A stretch of DNA of 64,000 nt from the human T2T-CHM13v2.0 reference genome, Homo sapiens. The notes beneath the pieces were generated by a model that saw only the letters and a program-made list of their open reading frames with translations, was not told the origin of the DNA and made no database searches. A program made the translations under genes and the position numbers. Where the stretch lies: assembly GCF_009914755.1 (NCBI RefSeq), contig NC_060929.1. One strand, 5' to 3'. How positions within the stretch are numbered: the stretch's first letter is position 1; each line of letters begins with the position of its first letter. Shown piece by piece: positions 40,110 through 56,095 of the stretch.

Positions 40110-41542
40110 TAGATTTGGCATATAATTTGGAACTCTTAGGACTTTAGTCTTATACATATTAACTAGGATTTGGGCCACACTAGTAAGCTGAGCCATTTTG
40201 AGAAATTTTAGATTCCCTCTGAGATGGTAAGCAGTTGTTACACCAGTGGAAATATGCTAGATGGCTTATTCCTTGTGAGAACCAATGAGATAATGTTAGT
40301 GTAAAGCTCAGTGCTCAGACAGCTTCACTCAGGAGGTACTGTATAAATAAGGAGGCTTATAATCACACCAAAAGACAGAACCCTGCCCAGGCCTGCCTCT
40401 TCATTCAGTTAAGAAGTCCTCATTTCATATTCTCTAAAAAGCAGGTAAGAGTTGGCTTGCTCCAATAAACTTTTTCCTCCTGTAAAGTTGTTTGATAGCA
40501 AAATATTAGTGCACTGAGTGTTCTTATTATTAAGCACTTACAAAACCATTTTCACCTTTCAAGGATTAATATGAGAATTGCATCAGTTATGAAATATCTA
40601 GAATGAAAATGCATGCCTCCTCAATATCACAAGTCTAAACATTCGACTCAACATCTTCAGAAGAAAAGAGAATTAAAGAGGAAATCTCTCAAGAGAGTTT
40701 TCCAAGAGGTAGACAGAATTCAGGGGCAAGTAGCACCCACTGTAAGGGAAAGGAAATAATTATTGGGAAATCAAAATAGCAAAGAAAGTTAAGGGAGTGG
40801 CAGTTTGGCAGATTTCACAGTTCTGCAGGAACAATGAGGGAGACATAGCAGTTGGGAGCGATGGGGAGTAGGAGGGTGTGAGAGCAACAGGGTGGGTGGG
40901 ATCCAGGCCTGATGAGAGCCTCCGAGGGAAGAAGTAGGAGTGGAGAGAGAGAGGAAGGGAGGAGTAAGGAAATAACTCTAAAATGAAAAAAAAAAAAAGT
41001 AATATGTGCAAAACTTAAGAAGTGACCAGCAGTATAATAGGCAAGAGACCATTGTAACTGGGTTAAGAAGTTTTGGCAGCTTGCTTATTTTGTTTGATTT
41101 TGCAGTTAACAGGAGAGAAAGTGGGGTGCTGGTGTCCAAAGCACTGTGCAGACTTGGAGCCAATGAAATGTGGCATTTGGAGGACACAGAAGCTCTCTAG
41201 TGCTTCTGAGGCAGGATTAATGCAGAGGCCCATAAACAAGGATGTGACATTGAGGAATGCTGCCCCTCTTCCAACTGCTAAATTGGGGCCAGTCGGAAGC
41301 CAGGGCAGTGTTATGTTGGCTTGGATTTCTAGCAACTTTCTTACTGGGTTATAAAAATGATTTCCTCAAAAAAGCTTGAAAATGGCAAATGATGAAGTAG
41401 AAAAGCAGTGGTGTCTGCCTGTGGGCATCATTTCAAAGCTGCCTGTGACATCGTGATGCCCATTTCTGGAGGGCCAGTGGTGAGTGGTTTGTTGGAGGGT
41501 TAAAGCCATCACTTCCAACCAGTGAAGCTGTACCTAACTTCG

Positions 41543-41553
41543 GGGGGTTTCCC
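41543..41553 (+). promoter_or_regulatory. Consensus NF-kB site in intron
   Basis: GGGGGTTTCCC contains two overlapping perfect GGGRNNYYCC matches. TNFAIP8 is a known TNF/NF-kB-inducible gene. Motif only. Confidence 0.35.
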
Positions 41554-43263
41554 TCATTAACAAGTCTGATGGTAAGCAGGCCTCCTGAAGGATTTCAGGC
41601 AGAGGATTTTTAGGGGTAGAACTGGTTTAAATTATTTGGCTTACTTGGCCATAGCTCTGACTTGGTGATTAGGCTGATGACCCTAGAAGTATAGGGGTGA
41701 TTACTTGACATTCCTGTCCTTGCCACCTACCTATTCCAGCATACTTTGGGGTTGCCTCTCTGTGCAAATGGGGAGGGACATGAGGGAGAGGAGATGTTGA
41801 TTGTAGGTCTCAGCAGTGAAACAAGCTGGCTAGTTTCAACATGTGTAAGGGTTAATCGGGTAAATTATAATTGCTGCTAGGAGAGGCAGCCTAGCTGAGC
41901 CCACCCAGCCCTCAGGGTTGCTGGGGAAAGGGTCATTCTTGCAATCCTTAATTGTTTTCCTCTTTCCCAAAGATGAGTTCTTAATGTAACATCATGGTCC
42001 ATTGACCCATTAATAAAGTTTACATTCCTGATTTGTTTTAGTCCTCTGCATTTCTAGTTCTTTAAATTCTCAGATAACCCTTCCTTTAAAAATGCAATTC
42101 GGCCAAATTAAGCAAAGAAAGGAATAATTTGATTTTTTTGTTGCTGTTGTTTAGTTATTTGAGTCATTCTATGGTCTTAGGCAATTTTCTAAATGAAACG
42201 TGGAATGTCAACTGGACTATTTTGTCGTAGAGGATGGGAGGGAGAGAACTGTTATATTTGGTAGTGGTACTAGAATAGTATAGAACCTACCAGCAAAAGT
42301 GTCTCAGAGTAATATTGTCTGTTGTTTCCTTTCTATTTTTTTAAATGGCACCATCTATCCCTATCTTGTGAACTAGTTAAACATGTTTTAATTGTATATC
42401 TTTTAAAGCTTCAGTTAGCCAGATTTTTAAAAAAATGTTTGATGTTGTTTTTTATTCCATGAATGACTCAATTGACTACATGTAGGCAGCTACTAAACTT
42501 GGCAGTTTGTTGCCATTAGCATGCCCTTGGACAGGAAGTATTCAGTATAGATATGACAAACCAGTTTCCAGGCTTAAAAATAAAGCGGGGATTTCTGGAC
42601 AGAATAGGTCTTTGTCACTCATTTCAACATGTCTGATGAGTGTTAAAGTTCAAAGCCTATCCCTTTGCTTTCTCATTTTTTTTCAGGCCATCACTTTACC
42701 TGACATATTCTATTATATAGATTGAAATTTATTTCATGATGCTGGTGTTTTGTTCAGTTTTTAAAAATGAAATAAGAGGATATTTGAATAGTCATGAGAA
42801 TCAGCTAGAGTCAGTATTCTCTCCTTGTTATCTCTTTCATGTTTAGTTCCTTTTAAGTCATCTCCCCACTGAGGTAGGTAATGGTGAAATAATGTTTCCC
42901 TGCCTGTAAAGCAGCTTAAATTAAAAGTAGCAAGTGTGTGCCAGGTACACTACATGACTTCTCTTCTTGAATCTGTGGTCCACTTGAAATAGCATTTTTT
43001 TCCCCAAAAGTTGCTTCCCATCAGTCTTGTAGTTCTTAATTTCATTTGTCAGGTAGTCACTTAGCAACTTGGGAAGAATCATACTATTTTGACAGATACT
43101 AACAGGTTTTTTGGCATCTTGTTGCCTACAGTTATTGCTTTATGACTTAAAAAGTAAGTTCATACTTTTTTTGCTATCTCCCGAAATAATATAATTTTCC
43201 CTCCTGTCTGTTAAAAAAAAAAACCCACACTTTCTCTTCTTTCTTTCACTTACCTATTCTAAG

Positions 43264-43267
<4 letters not shown>

Positions 43268-43301
<34 letters not shown>

Positions 43302-43306
43302 GTGTG
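43268..43306. repeat. (GT)n microsatellite, one interruption
   Basis: Directly visible. Confidence 0.95.
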
Positions 43307-43861
43307 TTTGTGTTGGGGTTTAAGAAGCCTTGACACCACATTTCCTGGAAATACTAAATTAGTCACAGCATTTATTAGATGAGAGTGTCTACAACAACAA
43401 AAAACTTTCTTTTTCTGAAGACTTAACTCCATGCAAGTGTCAATCTCTGAGCGTCTATTTGTTTTTCAAATAAGAAACTGTGCCAGGGAAAGATGATTTG
43501 AAATACAAAATGCTTGCAAGTGTTTTTAGTTTGGGGTAAGGTAAAGTCAATAATGATTCTTTGGGACATTTTTCGGGACCCAACTAAATTTCATTTGCCA
43601 AACTTAGCAATAAACCATGTTTATAAAGAATGAGGTTAAGTTCTTGTTCTGGGGCAGGACATGGCTGTGACCCTGAGGTGCTTGTGCTCTGGAGCTCCTT
43701 GACTCTTCTTTCATGATGGGAGCAGGCCTGAGTAGCCCCTGCTATGCTGTACATTGAGCTTGATAAAACTCCGGCCTTTTGAAAATACTGGAATCCTCTA
43801 CCCTAAATACCCTATACCTGTTCAAATAGGATGCTTTTAGGGAAAAAAAGGGAACTGTTAA

Positions 43862-44206
<345 letters not shown>

Positions 44207-46580
44207 TAAATGAATCCCTGGTCTGAAACTGTAATTTCTTTAGCTTTGTAGTGCTCAAGACTCTTGGACCTGAAAGTGGCTGGTAAGCGTCTTCTAGTTT
44301 TTATGATGATGGGCACATTGTAGGCAAACAGAAAATGCCTGATAACCAGTGAGGTGTGAGGACAGGCATATGATTCAGAGTGTAAAATATTTTGCAGAAT
44401 TAAAACTTAGGCAGTTTTTCATGAGATTCATAAATCATCCATACATTGATATTTTTTGTGCCTCTGGCCTCATTGTTTGGTTTTTAGGCATAGGACTGTG
44501 TTTTACTCAATAGGTAGTTGTATCATCCATGGTACCACAGTCTGTCAAAACCACACCAGACATTGATAATGTATTGTGCATATGGGGTGACCTTTAGGAA
44601 GGCTTGGTAGGACCTTTTTCTTGCTGGCTCCCTTCGAGCCAGTGTGAGTGATATTCCATCTCCTAGTCTGTGTTTTGGATCACTGTTCTCACGCCTAAAG
44701 TCAGAACAGACAGACCCATGGGAGGGACTTAACCAGGTTTGTCTAGGCCGATGGAGGGCTCTAATGGGGTCACTTCTTACTCTTTTGAAAAGTGGTGGAA
44801 ACTGAAATGAATTGTCTTTCAAATTTGGTCCAATCACACTTTATTGTCTGAAAACTTCTGTCACATCTTGTGGCAGCAATGGAAAAGGGAATGTTTTAGG
44901 TAACCCTTGTGTTTGAAATGCCTGCTTTTCTTTTTTTTATTGTTTTTTAAATGGATTTTTGTTTATTTTGCCACAGAAGCAGCTCTCTGTTTTAATTTGT
45001 TGGAATTTAACATCTTTGGAGTTCTTCCTGGGTTCTAGCCACTGGAACACAAATCAGTCCAGAAGCTTATTACTAGTTAACTCTAATTTAAAATAAAAAT
45101 CAAATTTCAGCAGAAAGATTGGAGAAGAGAAAGATATTACTTGATTGAGCAACAGAGAAACAATGCATGAATCCACACATAAAACTCTTTAAGTTGAGTA
45201 AAGGAGGCTTTCAAACCCTAATTCATGCATTTAACAACTAAAATCCCAGCTTTTCCCATGTTGAGTTTACACAGAGAAGTTAAAAGATAAATAGACTTTA
45301 TCAGACTTTGACAGTAAATTAAAGACCCTTTATCTTCCTGCCTGGAAGTTCTATAAAATAATGGGTAATAAAGGCAAGCTATTAGTCAAAATGGTCTGAA
45401 TTAAGCCTGGAAAGAAAATCTTGCCTCTAAGAGCAGAAGGGTGCAAAACACTGGCCCCTCCTGGGCTTGGGCCCAGAGACAAAGGAATAGTGGTTACTAT
45501 GACCCAACATCAGTCTGCAGCCAGAGTTCCAAGCATCTTCTCTGCTATCCCTAATGATTTAAAAATATATAAAAATATTTCACATTCTTTACCCTCCATC
45601 AGAATGCAGTGAGCAGTAAGTCAGCTCAAGAAAATATGACCCAGTGCCTAACCCGTTGATACTTTATTAGATGCCATTAAAACTTTAGAGAGCTGGGAGA
45701 TTATTAAGGCCTACATTTGGAACCTGGAATCTTTTCCTTTGGGAACCTGGAATCTCAACTCAAGGATTCTGTAGCTTGCTTTTTTGCCTGTATCTAAGAT
45801 TGCTCTATTTTGTGATAATGTAAACTTAATGGAAGAAAATTACTTCATAGATGCTAGACATTCAAGAATTAAATCCCCTTTTCATGTTAGCTAGTGTCAA
45901 AACATTTGTTTAAACATGGTTTCTAAATTTTGATGGGGTAGCATACATGGTTTTATTTTATTCTGTAGATGTAGTGAAAAAATATTTTATTTTGATACAT
46001 TAACAAGGAAGATAAGACAGCATTCATTTTGAGTATTTGCTATAGAATATACCCTGCATTGGACTGTGCGTGGAGTCTGGTATTTGTATGTTTCAAGGAA
46101 ATAAAGGTACAGAGAAGCACTTGTTCGTTGCCTATATAAAGACTAACTGTACAGCTGACAGCTTAAAAGTACTGTATGACACTGCATTTCTTGTCCAACA
46201 GTAGCGTCTGTTTCCTTCATTCCAAAACCAAAAAAAAACATTAAAGATGAATGCTGAAAATGTGATAGAAAAAGACCTTCCTTTTTGGCATGTCCATTAA
46301 CTGCCCTCACCGTTCTTTTCCAAGCATAACTGCTAGACTGGATGGCATAAATTAAACAATTAACAGGATACTAGTTCAAGGGGAAACTCTCCAGTTAGGG
46401 TAGATTTAATTTTCAGATTTGGAAAATGAATCAAATTACACATTCAAAAGACTTGAATTCATTTTTTTCTCTAAGCATGTACTTTTTATAATATACATTG
46501 TCTAACATCGGAGAGATAAATTCAGTATTATTTTCCTAAGATACTTTCTGCCTTTTGTAGCAGTGAGAATACTAGAAATC

Positions 46581-47175
<595 letters not shown>

Positions 47176-47514
47176 AGAATACTAGAAATCACATCAAGAA
47201 GAAAAGTTCAATAAAATAGGTTGTCTTTCTTCATAGAAATGATGTTTTAGAGTTTATTATTTATAAGAACTTATAAAATAACAGCTAGATATGATCAATA
47301 ATATAATATTTTCCAAGAACAAAGATATGACCGTAAACCTTGCTAATCATTTGACTAAGTAAAATAAATTCCTAGCTTTGTTAAATGGCCACCGCTATGT
47401 GTGCAGATTTTATAAAGGCTCCAGTCTTTTAGAAAAAGTAGCCCACATACCATAAAAATACAAGTTGACCATCATAAATTGTATCTTAACATTTTTTTAA
47501 AAAATTATGTTAGT

Positions 47515-47820
47515 GGCTGGGCACTATGGCTCATGCCTGTAATCCCAGCACTTTGGGAAGCCGAGGCAGGAGGATCACCTGAGGTCAGGAGTTCGAGACC
47601 AGACTGGTCAACATGGTGAAACCCCATCTCTCCTAAAATATACACAAATTAGCCAGGCATGGTGGCGCACACCTGTAATCCCAGCTACTCGGGAGGCTGA
47701 GGCAGGGGAATCGCTTGAACCTGGGAGGCAGAGGTTTCAGTGAGCCAAGATGGCGCCACTTCACTCCAGCCTGGGTGAAAGATTGAGACTCCATCTCAAA
47801 AATAAAATAAATAAATAATA
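47515..47820 (+). mobile_element. AluSx-like, full length
   Basis: TSD aaa(a/g)ttatgttagt. Confidence 0.94.
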
Positions 47821-48973
47821 AAGTTATGTTAGTTAACACTGCATTTATTTTTTATGATCTTTGTCCTATATCTCTACCATGCTGACCTTGGTAGTATGAC
47901 TGGATTCTTCTTGGGTATGTATTACACCTGAAGTCATTACAGAAGACACTCAGTCCCTTCATCCACCCCAGACACAAAGCTTAATAACCATACCCAACCC
48001 CTTTTCGACAGCCTGCTGGCCACACTGACTTTCCTATAAGATAAAAACTGCCGTATGTGGGATAGCTCTTGTTAGTACACCAAGAATGACTTCCCAATAG
48101 TAAAATTACTCTTACCCCAAAATGTAAGAGAGAGTGAAGAGATGCAGATATTTTCCCTATGTTAGGCACTTCATGTACTAAGACATTTTTCATTCATTTC
48201 ATTTAGAAGCTTGTTTGGAATTCTAAAAAGTCACTTCAAAACTTTCCTCACCGGGACGTCAAGACAGGCATACAACGGGAAAGTGACTAGGGATAAGTTA
48301 ATACTGGTACCTTCACCAGAGGAGGAGTATGCAATGTGGAAGACCTGTTGCTGCTGTTGAGTAGTTTTCAGTCTAGAGGAGTTAACATGCATACAAGAAA
48401 GTACATATTACATGGGGGTTAGAGAGGTTTCAGAAGGGCTGTCTGTGGCTGAGATCTTTGAGGCAGAACTGTTGAGACGGAAGGGATTGGCATGAAGCTT
48501 TGGAAGACTGGACGTGTGGTTGTTTCCCAAATATGGTACGTATGCCACTGGTAGTACAGTGACTGATTTTAGGAGGTCCCAGGTATAGTATTAAATCATC
48601 TTCAGTCATATCACAAAAAAATTAGTTCCTTTTCAGTGTCCTTGGAGTCCTTGACATCATTCACAGAGAATGCCTGCGTTTTGGGCTATGTGATCTCTGC
48701 CAGCTCACAGAAGCTTACCTCTTTTTGTGCCATGTAGGTAGATGGGGATTCATAGCCTTTGGCAGGCAACAATATCTGGCTAGAAACTAATAGTATTGGT
48801 GTTTTTTTTCCTCATTGAATTATTTCTTATGGTTTTAAACATTTTTTAATGATTTTTAATGATATATTTAGGGGAGTATCAGTTTCCATTCACATAGTAT
48901 ATAGGGTTTCCTTTTATGTGAATTAATTTTTTTAATACAAATACATTAAGTAACCATAAGTTAAAGTAAAATA

Positions 48974-49217
48974 CAGGTAGCGTATCGCTTATCCAAAATG
49001 CTTGGGACTGAAGTGTTTTAGATTTTGGATTTTTTTTTTCAGATTTTTGGAATATTTGCATTATACTTACTGGTTGAGCATCCTATATCCAAAAATTTGA
49101 AATCTGAAATGCTCCAATGAGCATTTTGTTTTAGTGAGTGCCATATCAGCTCTCAAAAACTTTCCAATTTTGGCATATTTTGGAGTTTGGATTTTTAAAT
49201 TTGAGATGCTCAACCTG
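48974..49217. mobile_element. Tigger4a/MER46-type MITE
   Basis: ta|caggtagcgtatcgcttatccaaaatgcttgggac ... gatgctcaacctg|ta; TA target duplication. Confidence 0.85.
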
Positions 49218-49754
49218 TACCGATAGTAAATAGAAAACAAGGCAAGTGGGTTAGGATGTTCCTCACATAGATACAGCATGACTTTTCAGGGGAAGAGAGA
49301 TTCCAGCAAAGATCCTGGGATGGAGAAGGTAACATTTTGAGAGAAAGGTGAGTAAGAAGTTGGCAGAAGCCCAGGGGGTCCTGTTGAAGAGTCAGAGTTG
49401 GACGCCTTCTAGCTCAGCTTGGTTGCCAGCGCAGGGAACAGAGGGCTGTAGCTCTTTGCATCTTATACTCAAGGCTGTCTGCAAAGTGATTCAGAATGGT
49501 TTGAGCCCCTGATCATTTCAATGCGGGGTAGCTAGGGCATATGCCTACGGGAGCCAGGAAATTACCCAAGTGCTGGAATGGCCGGGGGGCTAATTGGAGA
49601 GGACCCTGTGTTTCCCACTCTCCTCCCTCAGTATTGCCAGAAGGTCAGATTTTTTTCTGAGAAGCCAGAAATGTGAATTTTTATTGAAAGTTCCCAACTT
49701 CTACAAGTTTTTTTAAATACTAATTACAGAAATAAAACTTAGAACCTTTTGGGG

Positions 49755-49915
49755 GCCAATTTTGGGGGTGATGGACATGTCCTGGAGTTAGATAGTGGTA
49801 ATAGTTGCACAACATTGTGAATATAGTAAAAACCACTGAATTGTAGATTTTTAAAATGCTTACAGTGGTGAATTTTATGTGATATGAATTTTATCTTAAT
49901 TAGAAAAAGAAAAAA
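49755..49915 (+). mobile_element. Old L1M 3' terminal fragment inside a MER102-like hAT element (~49530-49965)
   Basis: gatagtggtaatagttgcacaacattgtgaatatagtaaaaaccactgaattgta ... gtgaattttatgtgatatgaatt. Confidence 0.7.
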
Positions 49916-50947
49916 ACACTATGAGGGCCCAGCCAAAACATGTTGCCTGCCAAAAGTTTGTAAGCTTTGCTTCAAATGGAGGAATTGCTATTTGCTGCTT
50001 TTCATAATCCCAACAGAAAGCACCTTTCCACAGGGGAGCAAGTGATTGGGAATTAATGGGGGTCATGTTGTGATCCCTACGTTAACCTCTAGGCCTCTGT
50101 TTTTCTTCCTGTGGTCTCCACGGCTTCTTCTATCTCCTAAAATAGGACCCATGATAGAAATGGTGAGATGTGGAGTGGTGGACTTTCTTTTAGAGTAACG
50201 AGTGAGTAGGTGAAAAGACACAGCTACGAAAGGTGGGGGCTGCTCAAGTATTTTAGAGAAGAAATTTATTTTATTTTGCAACTACTTATAACATTGATTG
50301 GTTGTGTTATGTTACTTGCCAAAGTTTATTTTACCCAGATATTAACCATTAGAGAAGTAATTAATCTTCAAGACAGCAAGTTCGTATATTTTGGAAAACG
50401 TTTTTCAGTTCTTACCAGGGAACGACTATAATGATCTTTTTAGTTATTTTCTTCAAGTGGAAAATGAGTTTAATATAGCAAGTATATGTCATCAACATCA
50501 AAGGATTATATAATTATTTTAATAAAACAATTTGTCTTTGTAACTTTTGGGAGGCTCTATTAAATTTTAAATATAATTTTAAGTTTGCCGATTTCAATAG
50601 AGGCAAAATGTTCAATTTAGGATCTTAAAGTAAGGATTATATCCTTAGTTAATCTTCAGCTTTTTTTCTTTCGTAGCAAACTAGCAAAGAAAGGTAGAGT
50701 TTCTGCCTTTTTCTTATGACTTAAACCTAAAGAATATGACTTTTTAAAAATCTTGAACCAACATTTGTACTAAAAACAATTATTATTTTTCAAAGTGTGG
50801 GTTATTCAGTAGTTTTTGCCAGTTCCAAATGTTATCAGATGACTTTTTGGATGCCTATCTTTAGTGATGAAATGTCGCATTTAGAATAAACACTTTCCAC
50901 CCAAAGAACACTGAAATTAAAATGAAAAAATATATATAAACTTAAAT

Positions 50948-51256
50948 TTTCTTTTTTGTTTTTTTTTTTGAGATGAAATCTTGCTCTGTTGCCCAGACTG
51001 GAGTGCAGTGGTGCAATCTCGGCTCACTGCAACCTCCCCGTCCCGGCTTCAAGAGATTCTCCCACCTTAGCCTCCTGAGTAGCTAGGATTACAGGCATGT
51101 GCCACCACAGCTGGCTAATTTTTGTATTTTTAGTAGAGATGGGCTTTCACCATGCTGGCCAGGCTGGTCTCGAACTGCTCTCTGTCACCTCAGGTGATCC
51201 GCCCACCTCAGCCTCCCAAAGTGCTGGGATTACAGGTGTGAGCCACTGCACCCGGC
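50948..51256 (-). mobile_element. AluSx-like, full length
   Basis: Antisense Alu with small insertion near 51176-51187. Confidence 0.93.
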
Positions 51257-51689
51257 AAAAATAAACTTTTTCAAAAGGACTGCATTGGAATATTTATTTC
51301 ATATGTAAGAGTATTTGAAATATAATTAAATCTAATGTTATTTATTTGTAGCCTCTTATTTCGGTTGTTTTATAAAAATCAGTATTCATTGTCTTCCCAC
51401 CCCCCCCGTCTTTCTGCTCCCCCAGAAACAACCTGAGAATGCTTTTAATCCAGCAGATACATATTAAAGATTAATTGGTCATTTATTGCAAGGAATAAAC
51501 AATAAATTGTAACCAATCACTAGGATTTACTTTCAGGGAGTACGGAAACAAAAGTATGATAAGCAGTTTCCAACAGCAGTTAGAGACAGGATAGAGCATT
51601 TCTGAATGGACGGTCAATGAGGACTTCCTGATATTTGGAAGGTGATATTTGGGAGGGACTGTGGGAGACTTCACCAACTCAAGACAGGT

Positions 51690-51957
51690 CCCCCTTGATT
51701 CCTTCATGCCTCTGCTCAAATGTCGCCTTTTCGGAAAGGCCTTCCCCAAGTACATCAAGTACCCTAGATAAAATAACATAGTTCCCCCTCCCATACACAC
51801 ATTTCATTTTTCTTTTAGCCTATATTGCTGCTTGACGTATTTATATATGTTTGTTTGTTTGTTTATATATTAGGTGTCCTAGAATCTGTGCTTCCTGAGA
51901 GTAGGCACTTTGCCTGGCACATAACAGTTGCTTAATAAAATAAAAGTGTATTGAATG
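51690..51957 (+). mobile_element. L2a 3' end
   Basis: tctgctcaaatgtcgcc ... tgcctggcacataacagttgcttaataaa ... ttgaatga. Confidence 0.75.
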
Positions 51958-51958
51958 A

Positions 51959-52266
51959 GGCTGGGCCTGGTGGCTCATCCAGTAATCCAGCACTTTGGGA
52001 GGCCAAGACAGGAGGATTGCTTGAGGCCAAGAGTTTGAGACCAGCCTGGGCAACATAGCGAGACCCTGTCTCTATCAGAAAATGCAAAGATTAACCAAGC
52101 ATAGTGGCATGCACATGTGGTCCCAGCTACTTAGGAGGCTGAGGTGAAAGGATCACTTGAGCTTAGGAGGTCAGAGTGACATTGCACTCCAGCCTGGGCA
52201 ACAGAGTGAGACCCTGTCTCAAATAAATAATTAAATAAGAAGTAAAAAAAAAATAAAAAATAAAAA
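51959..52266 (+). mobile_element. AluJ with right-arm deletion
   Basis: ggaggattgcttgaggccaagagtttgagaccagcctgggcaacatagcgagaccc. Confidence 0.9.
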
Positions 52267-53628
52267 TTTGTTGGAGAAAGAGTGAGGGAATGAATGGGGG
52301 AAAGTTTTTCTGCCATAAGGCTCTTGACTGTGTAGAGCTCCAAACTGGTATGGAGAATCCAAGTTCAGTTTTCTCCTGGGATCATTGTAAATTTGTCAAA
52401 TTTACCACCGCTCTGTGACTTAGTTGACACATTCTATAGAAATAAGGAGATTTTGGTACTCAAATGTAGCTTCCTGAAGTCTATGAACAAGTGTTATGAA
52501 AACAAATCATGATCACTCTTAACCTTCCCACCACTTCACCTTGCAAACCCCTCGTTAGAACCTCATATAAGTTGTGTTTAAATTATTTCACAAATCCAAG
52601 ACCCCACACATGCCCCTCAGTTTCCAACATACGGGTACACTGCTGGGCCAGATTTTTAATTCCTGACTACCCAGTAGGAGTTGTTCCACTGAAATATAAT
52701 CACATTTATTTCTGTAAGGCAGTGATTACCTACGCAAATGCCTACAGAACCCAGGAAATGAACAGAAATGTGTAGATGGCCAGGAGGGATGTGGTAAGCT
52801 GGAAAGGGTAGTCTTCTAAAGGAGGCAGCCATAATTTAGCTCAAATCCATTGTTGTCATATGAGAACGTGGGCCCATTTGGTCAGATCTGATTGTTCAAA
52901 GAAAATCAGACACACACATGTTGAAGCTAAATTTCCCAATTTTCTAACATGGACCACTAATCCTAAAGTACAATCCTGGATGGGCCAAATAATATGATAT
53001 CCAGGTTACAACTTCTGCAAGGCATCCTGATCTAAATAAAACGGGGATGCCTGGGCATGCGGAGAGGAAAGGTTAGAAAGGGGTAACAACCACTTCACAG
53101 AGAATATAAATGCTGTGCTGGTGGTGAGCAATACTGCTTCTATAGAACTCTGGGTTTTTTTTTCCTAGAATTTCAGAGCTTCAGAGTGTCTTGATATTTA
53201 AAATGAGATCGTTTACATGAAAGCCTAGCAAATTCCATCTTACTCTTTGTTTACCTTTAACTGGATCTAGCCTCCTGACATTAACATGGCTATGAAATGC
53301 CTAACAACATTTGGATACAGTTATTGAGGAAAAATTGTGACAAGAATGTTGAGAGGTTGTGCCAAGATGCATATTTGAGAGATGCCCAAGCTGAGGCCAA
53401 GAGGTTACTGCTCCTAAAATATTCAAACAGATGGGTTTGGGATCTTTGCATGGAAGATTCCAGAACATTTGCTGTAAGGATTGAGTTAACTAAATATGGT
53501 CACTTCTCCAAACAAAAGTAGCTGGTTATTCTGTATGTTTTGGCAAAGGGCAGGGAAGAAAAGCAATAGATTAAAAAAATGAAAATGCATTTCTTTTACA
53601 CAGCTTCCTCCCCTTTAAAGCAAAAGGT

Positions 53629-53912
53629 GGCTGGGCGCAGTGGTTCACGCCTGTAATCCCAGTGCTTTGGGAGGCTGAGACAGGAGGATCACTTGAGGCC
53701 GGGAGTTTGAGACCAGCCTGGCCAACATAGTGATAACTCATCTCTACAAAGAGAGCCTGGCATGGTGGTGTGCGCCTGTAATCCTAGCTACTCAGGAGGC
53801 TAAGGTGGAGGATCTCTTGAGCCCAGGAGTTCAAGGTTGCAGTAAGTTATGATCTGGCTACTGCACTCCAACCTGGATGACAGAGTGAGACATTGTCTTT
53901 TAAAAATAAATA
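53629..53912 (+). mobile_element. AluJ, middle A-linker partly deleted
   Basis: J-type arms; approximate TSD aaa(g/a)caaaag(g/a)t. Confidence 0.9.
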
Positions 53913-54412
53913 AAACAAAAGATAGTTTGTATCCATATTTAGGGTTATGTGTTTATTCATGGAGTACAGATAAATTCATTTATTAAGCTCTAAATAGAAG
54001 AAATTGAGTTGATTTCCTGATACACCTTCATGAATTGCTGTAAAAGAGAGTGAAGGGTTCCATGGAGGCAGATTAGAGCATAGGGTTTAGTGCACCCCAT
54101 GCTAGCTGGAGGGCACGTGTTAAGCACTTTGAACAATACAGAGATGAAAAGGCATGTACCTGTACCTTACTTGTCAAGGATTCTAAATAGATAAGAGAGG
54201 AATTTAACTCTTTCACAAGACAGAAAAGCAGGTTAGGAGAGATTTATTCTGGCCATTGGATTTGGAAAAGCTTTTTGGAAGGGGCGGCATTTACATTGAG
54301 CTTTACAGGATCAATAGCACTCTTTCAGGCAGGGATGAAGGGGGAAGGTGAAGGCAGATATATAGCTTTTCTTTAGTTTCTGTTCCCTGATGTGTTTGAC
54401 CTGTGCTCCTTC

Positions 54413-54946
<534 letters not shown>

Positions 54947-55861
54947 TAAGTCACTTGACTTCTGAGCCTCACTTCTCTTATCTGGGTCCCCCAGGGTTAA
55001 GTAATAACAGGACCAAACCAGAAATTCATTTAAAAGTGTTAGTGAAAATATCTTGCAAACTGTAGAGTACTATACAAAAATCAACTGTAAGTTTTCTTGT
55101 CTTTGTTATGTGGCCAGGAGCAACCTGATGAAACCAGAAAGGGTGTGTTGACCATTGATGCCAGCTGTGGGTCTGGTTCAGTAACTTCACTCTAGTGTGC
55201 TGGATTTTAAAATGTTACTGGTTTTCTAAGCCCTGCATGAATATAAATATTCATCAAGAGTCAGGGCCTCTGGCAGGACGGGAGAATTTAGGGATGGAAA
55301 AGTGTAGAAAATCACGGAGCTGTTGAGAGGATTATCCTCTACATTCTGGTAGATGATTGGATTATATCAACAGTGGAAAGGTTTTATGTCTTCAAGAAAA
55401 TATGTAAATAAATCCAGCTTAATTGAAAAGTCTTTAGAAAGACTAATGTATCCTAATTCAACATAATAAATAAGGAAGATTCATTTAATTTCAAAAGACA
55501 AAGGATAGTTCACTAAGTTCAGTTTTGTATAAACAATTGTAGGATATTTTAATTTAATTTCAAAGCCATTTTGTAGCCTAGCGGTAGAGTTAGGCTCTGT
55601 TCAAACTTTGGTTTACAGTATTATCTAGAATGGGCTAACTTTTCTATTCTCTTGGATACTTTATCAAATTTTTTTAAATGTTTAATATAGTGAGCTCTGT
55701 TTAGAAAACATTTTATCTATATTCCTTGCACAAGCTGACATCTGTATTTTTGTGAAAAAAATCTTGAGAGGGAATTAAATCTGTCCATAATCTACTCACA
55801 GCATGCCTTTATAGCCAGAGTACGTCTGAAAATTTTAAGTATGGCATTCTAGGAGTACAGC

Positions 55862-56030
55862 TCAGAGCAGGCGTGTTCCAACTTTACTATATATCAGAAT
55901 CAGGTAGGGTGCTTCCTACAAATGCTGGCTCTCAGACTGCAATCCTGGAGATTCTGATTCCGTTGGTTTAGCCATTTCTAAGAGGCCTCCGGCGCTTCTG
56001 TGGTGGACGGCCCATGACACTAAGAATTCT
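55862..56030. mobile_element. MER5A-like hAT MITE
   Basis: atcagaatcaggtagggtgctt ... ggagattctgattc. Confidence 0.55.
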
Positions 56031-56095
56031 TCCTCAGATACCTGCTATATCTATCCTCTCCCTGCCAAACAAAGCCTTCTTGAAAACCAAGTATT

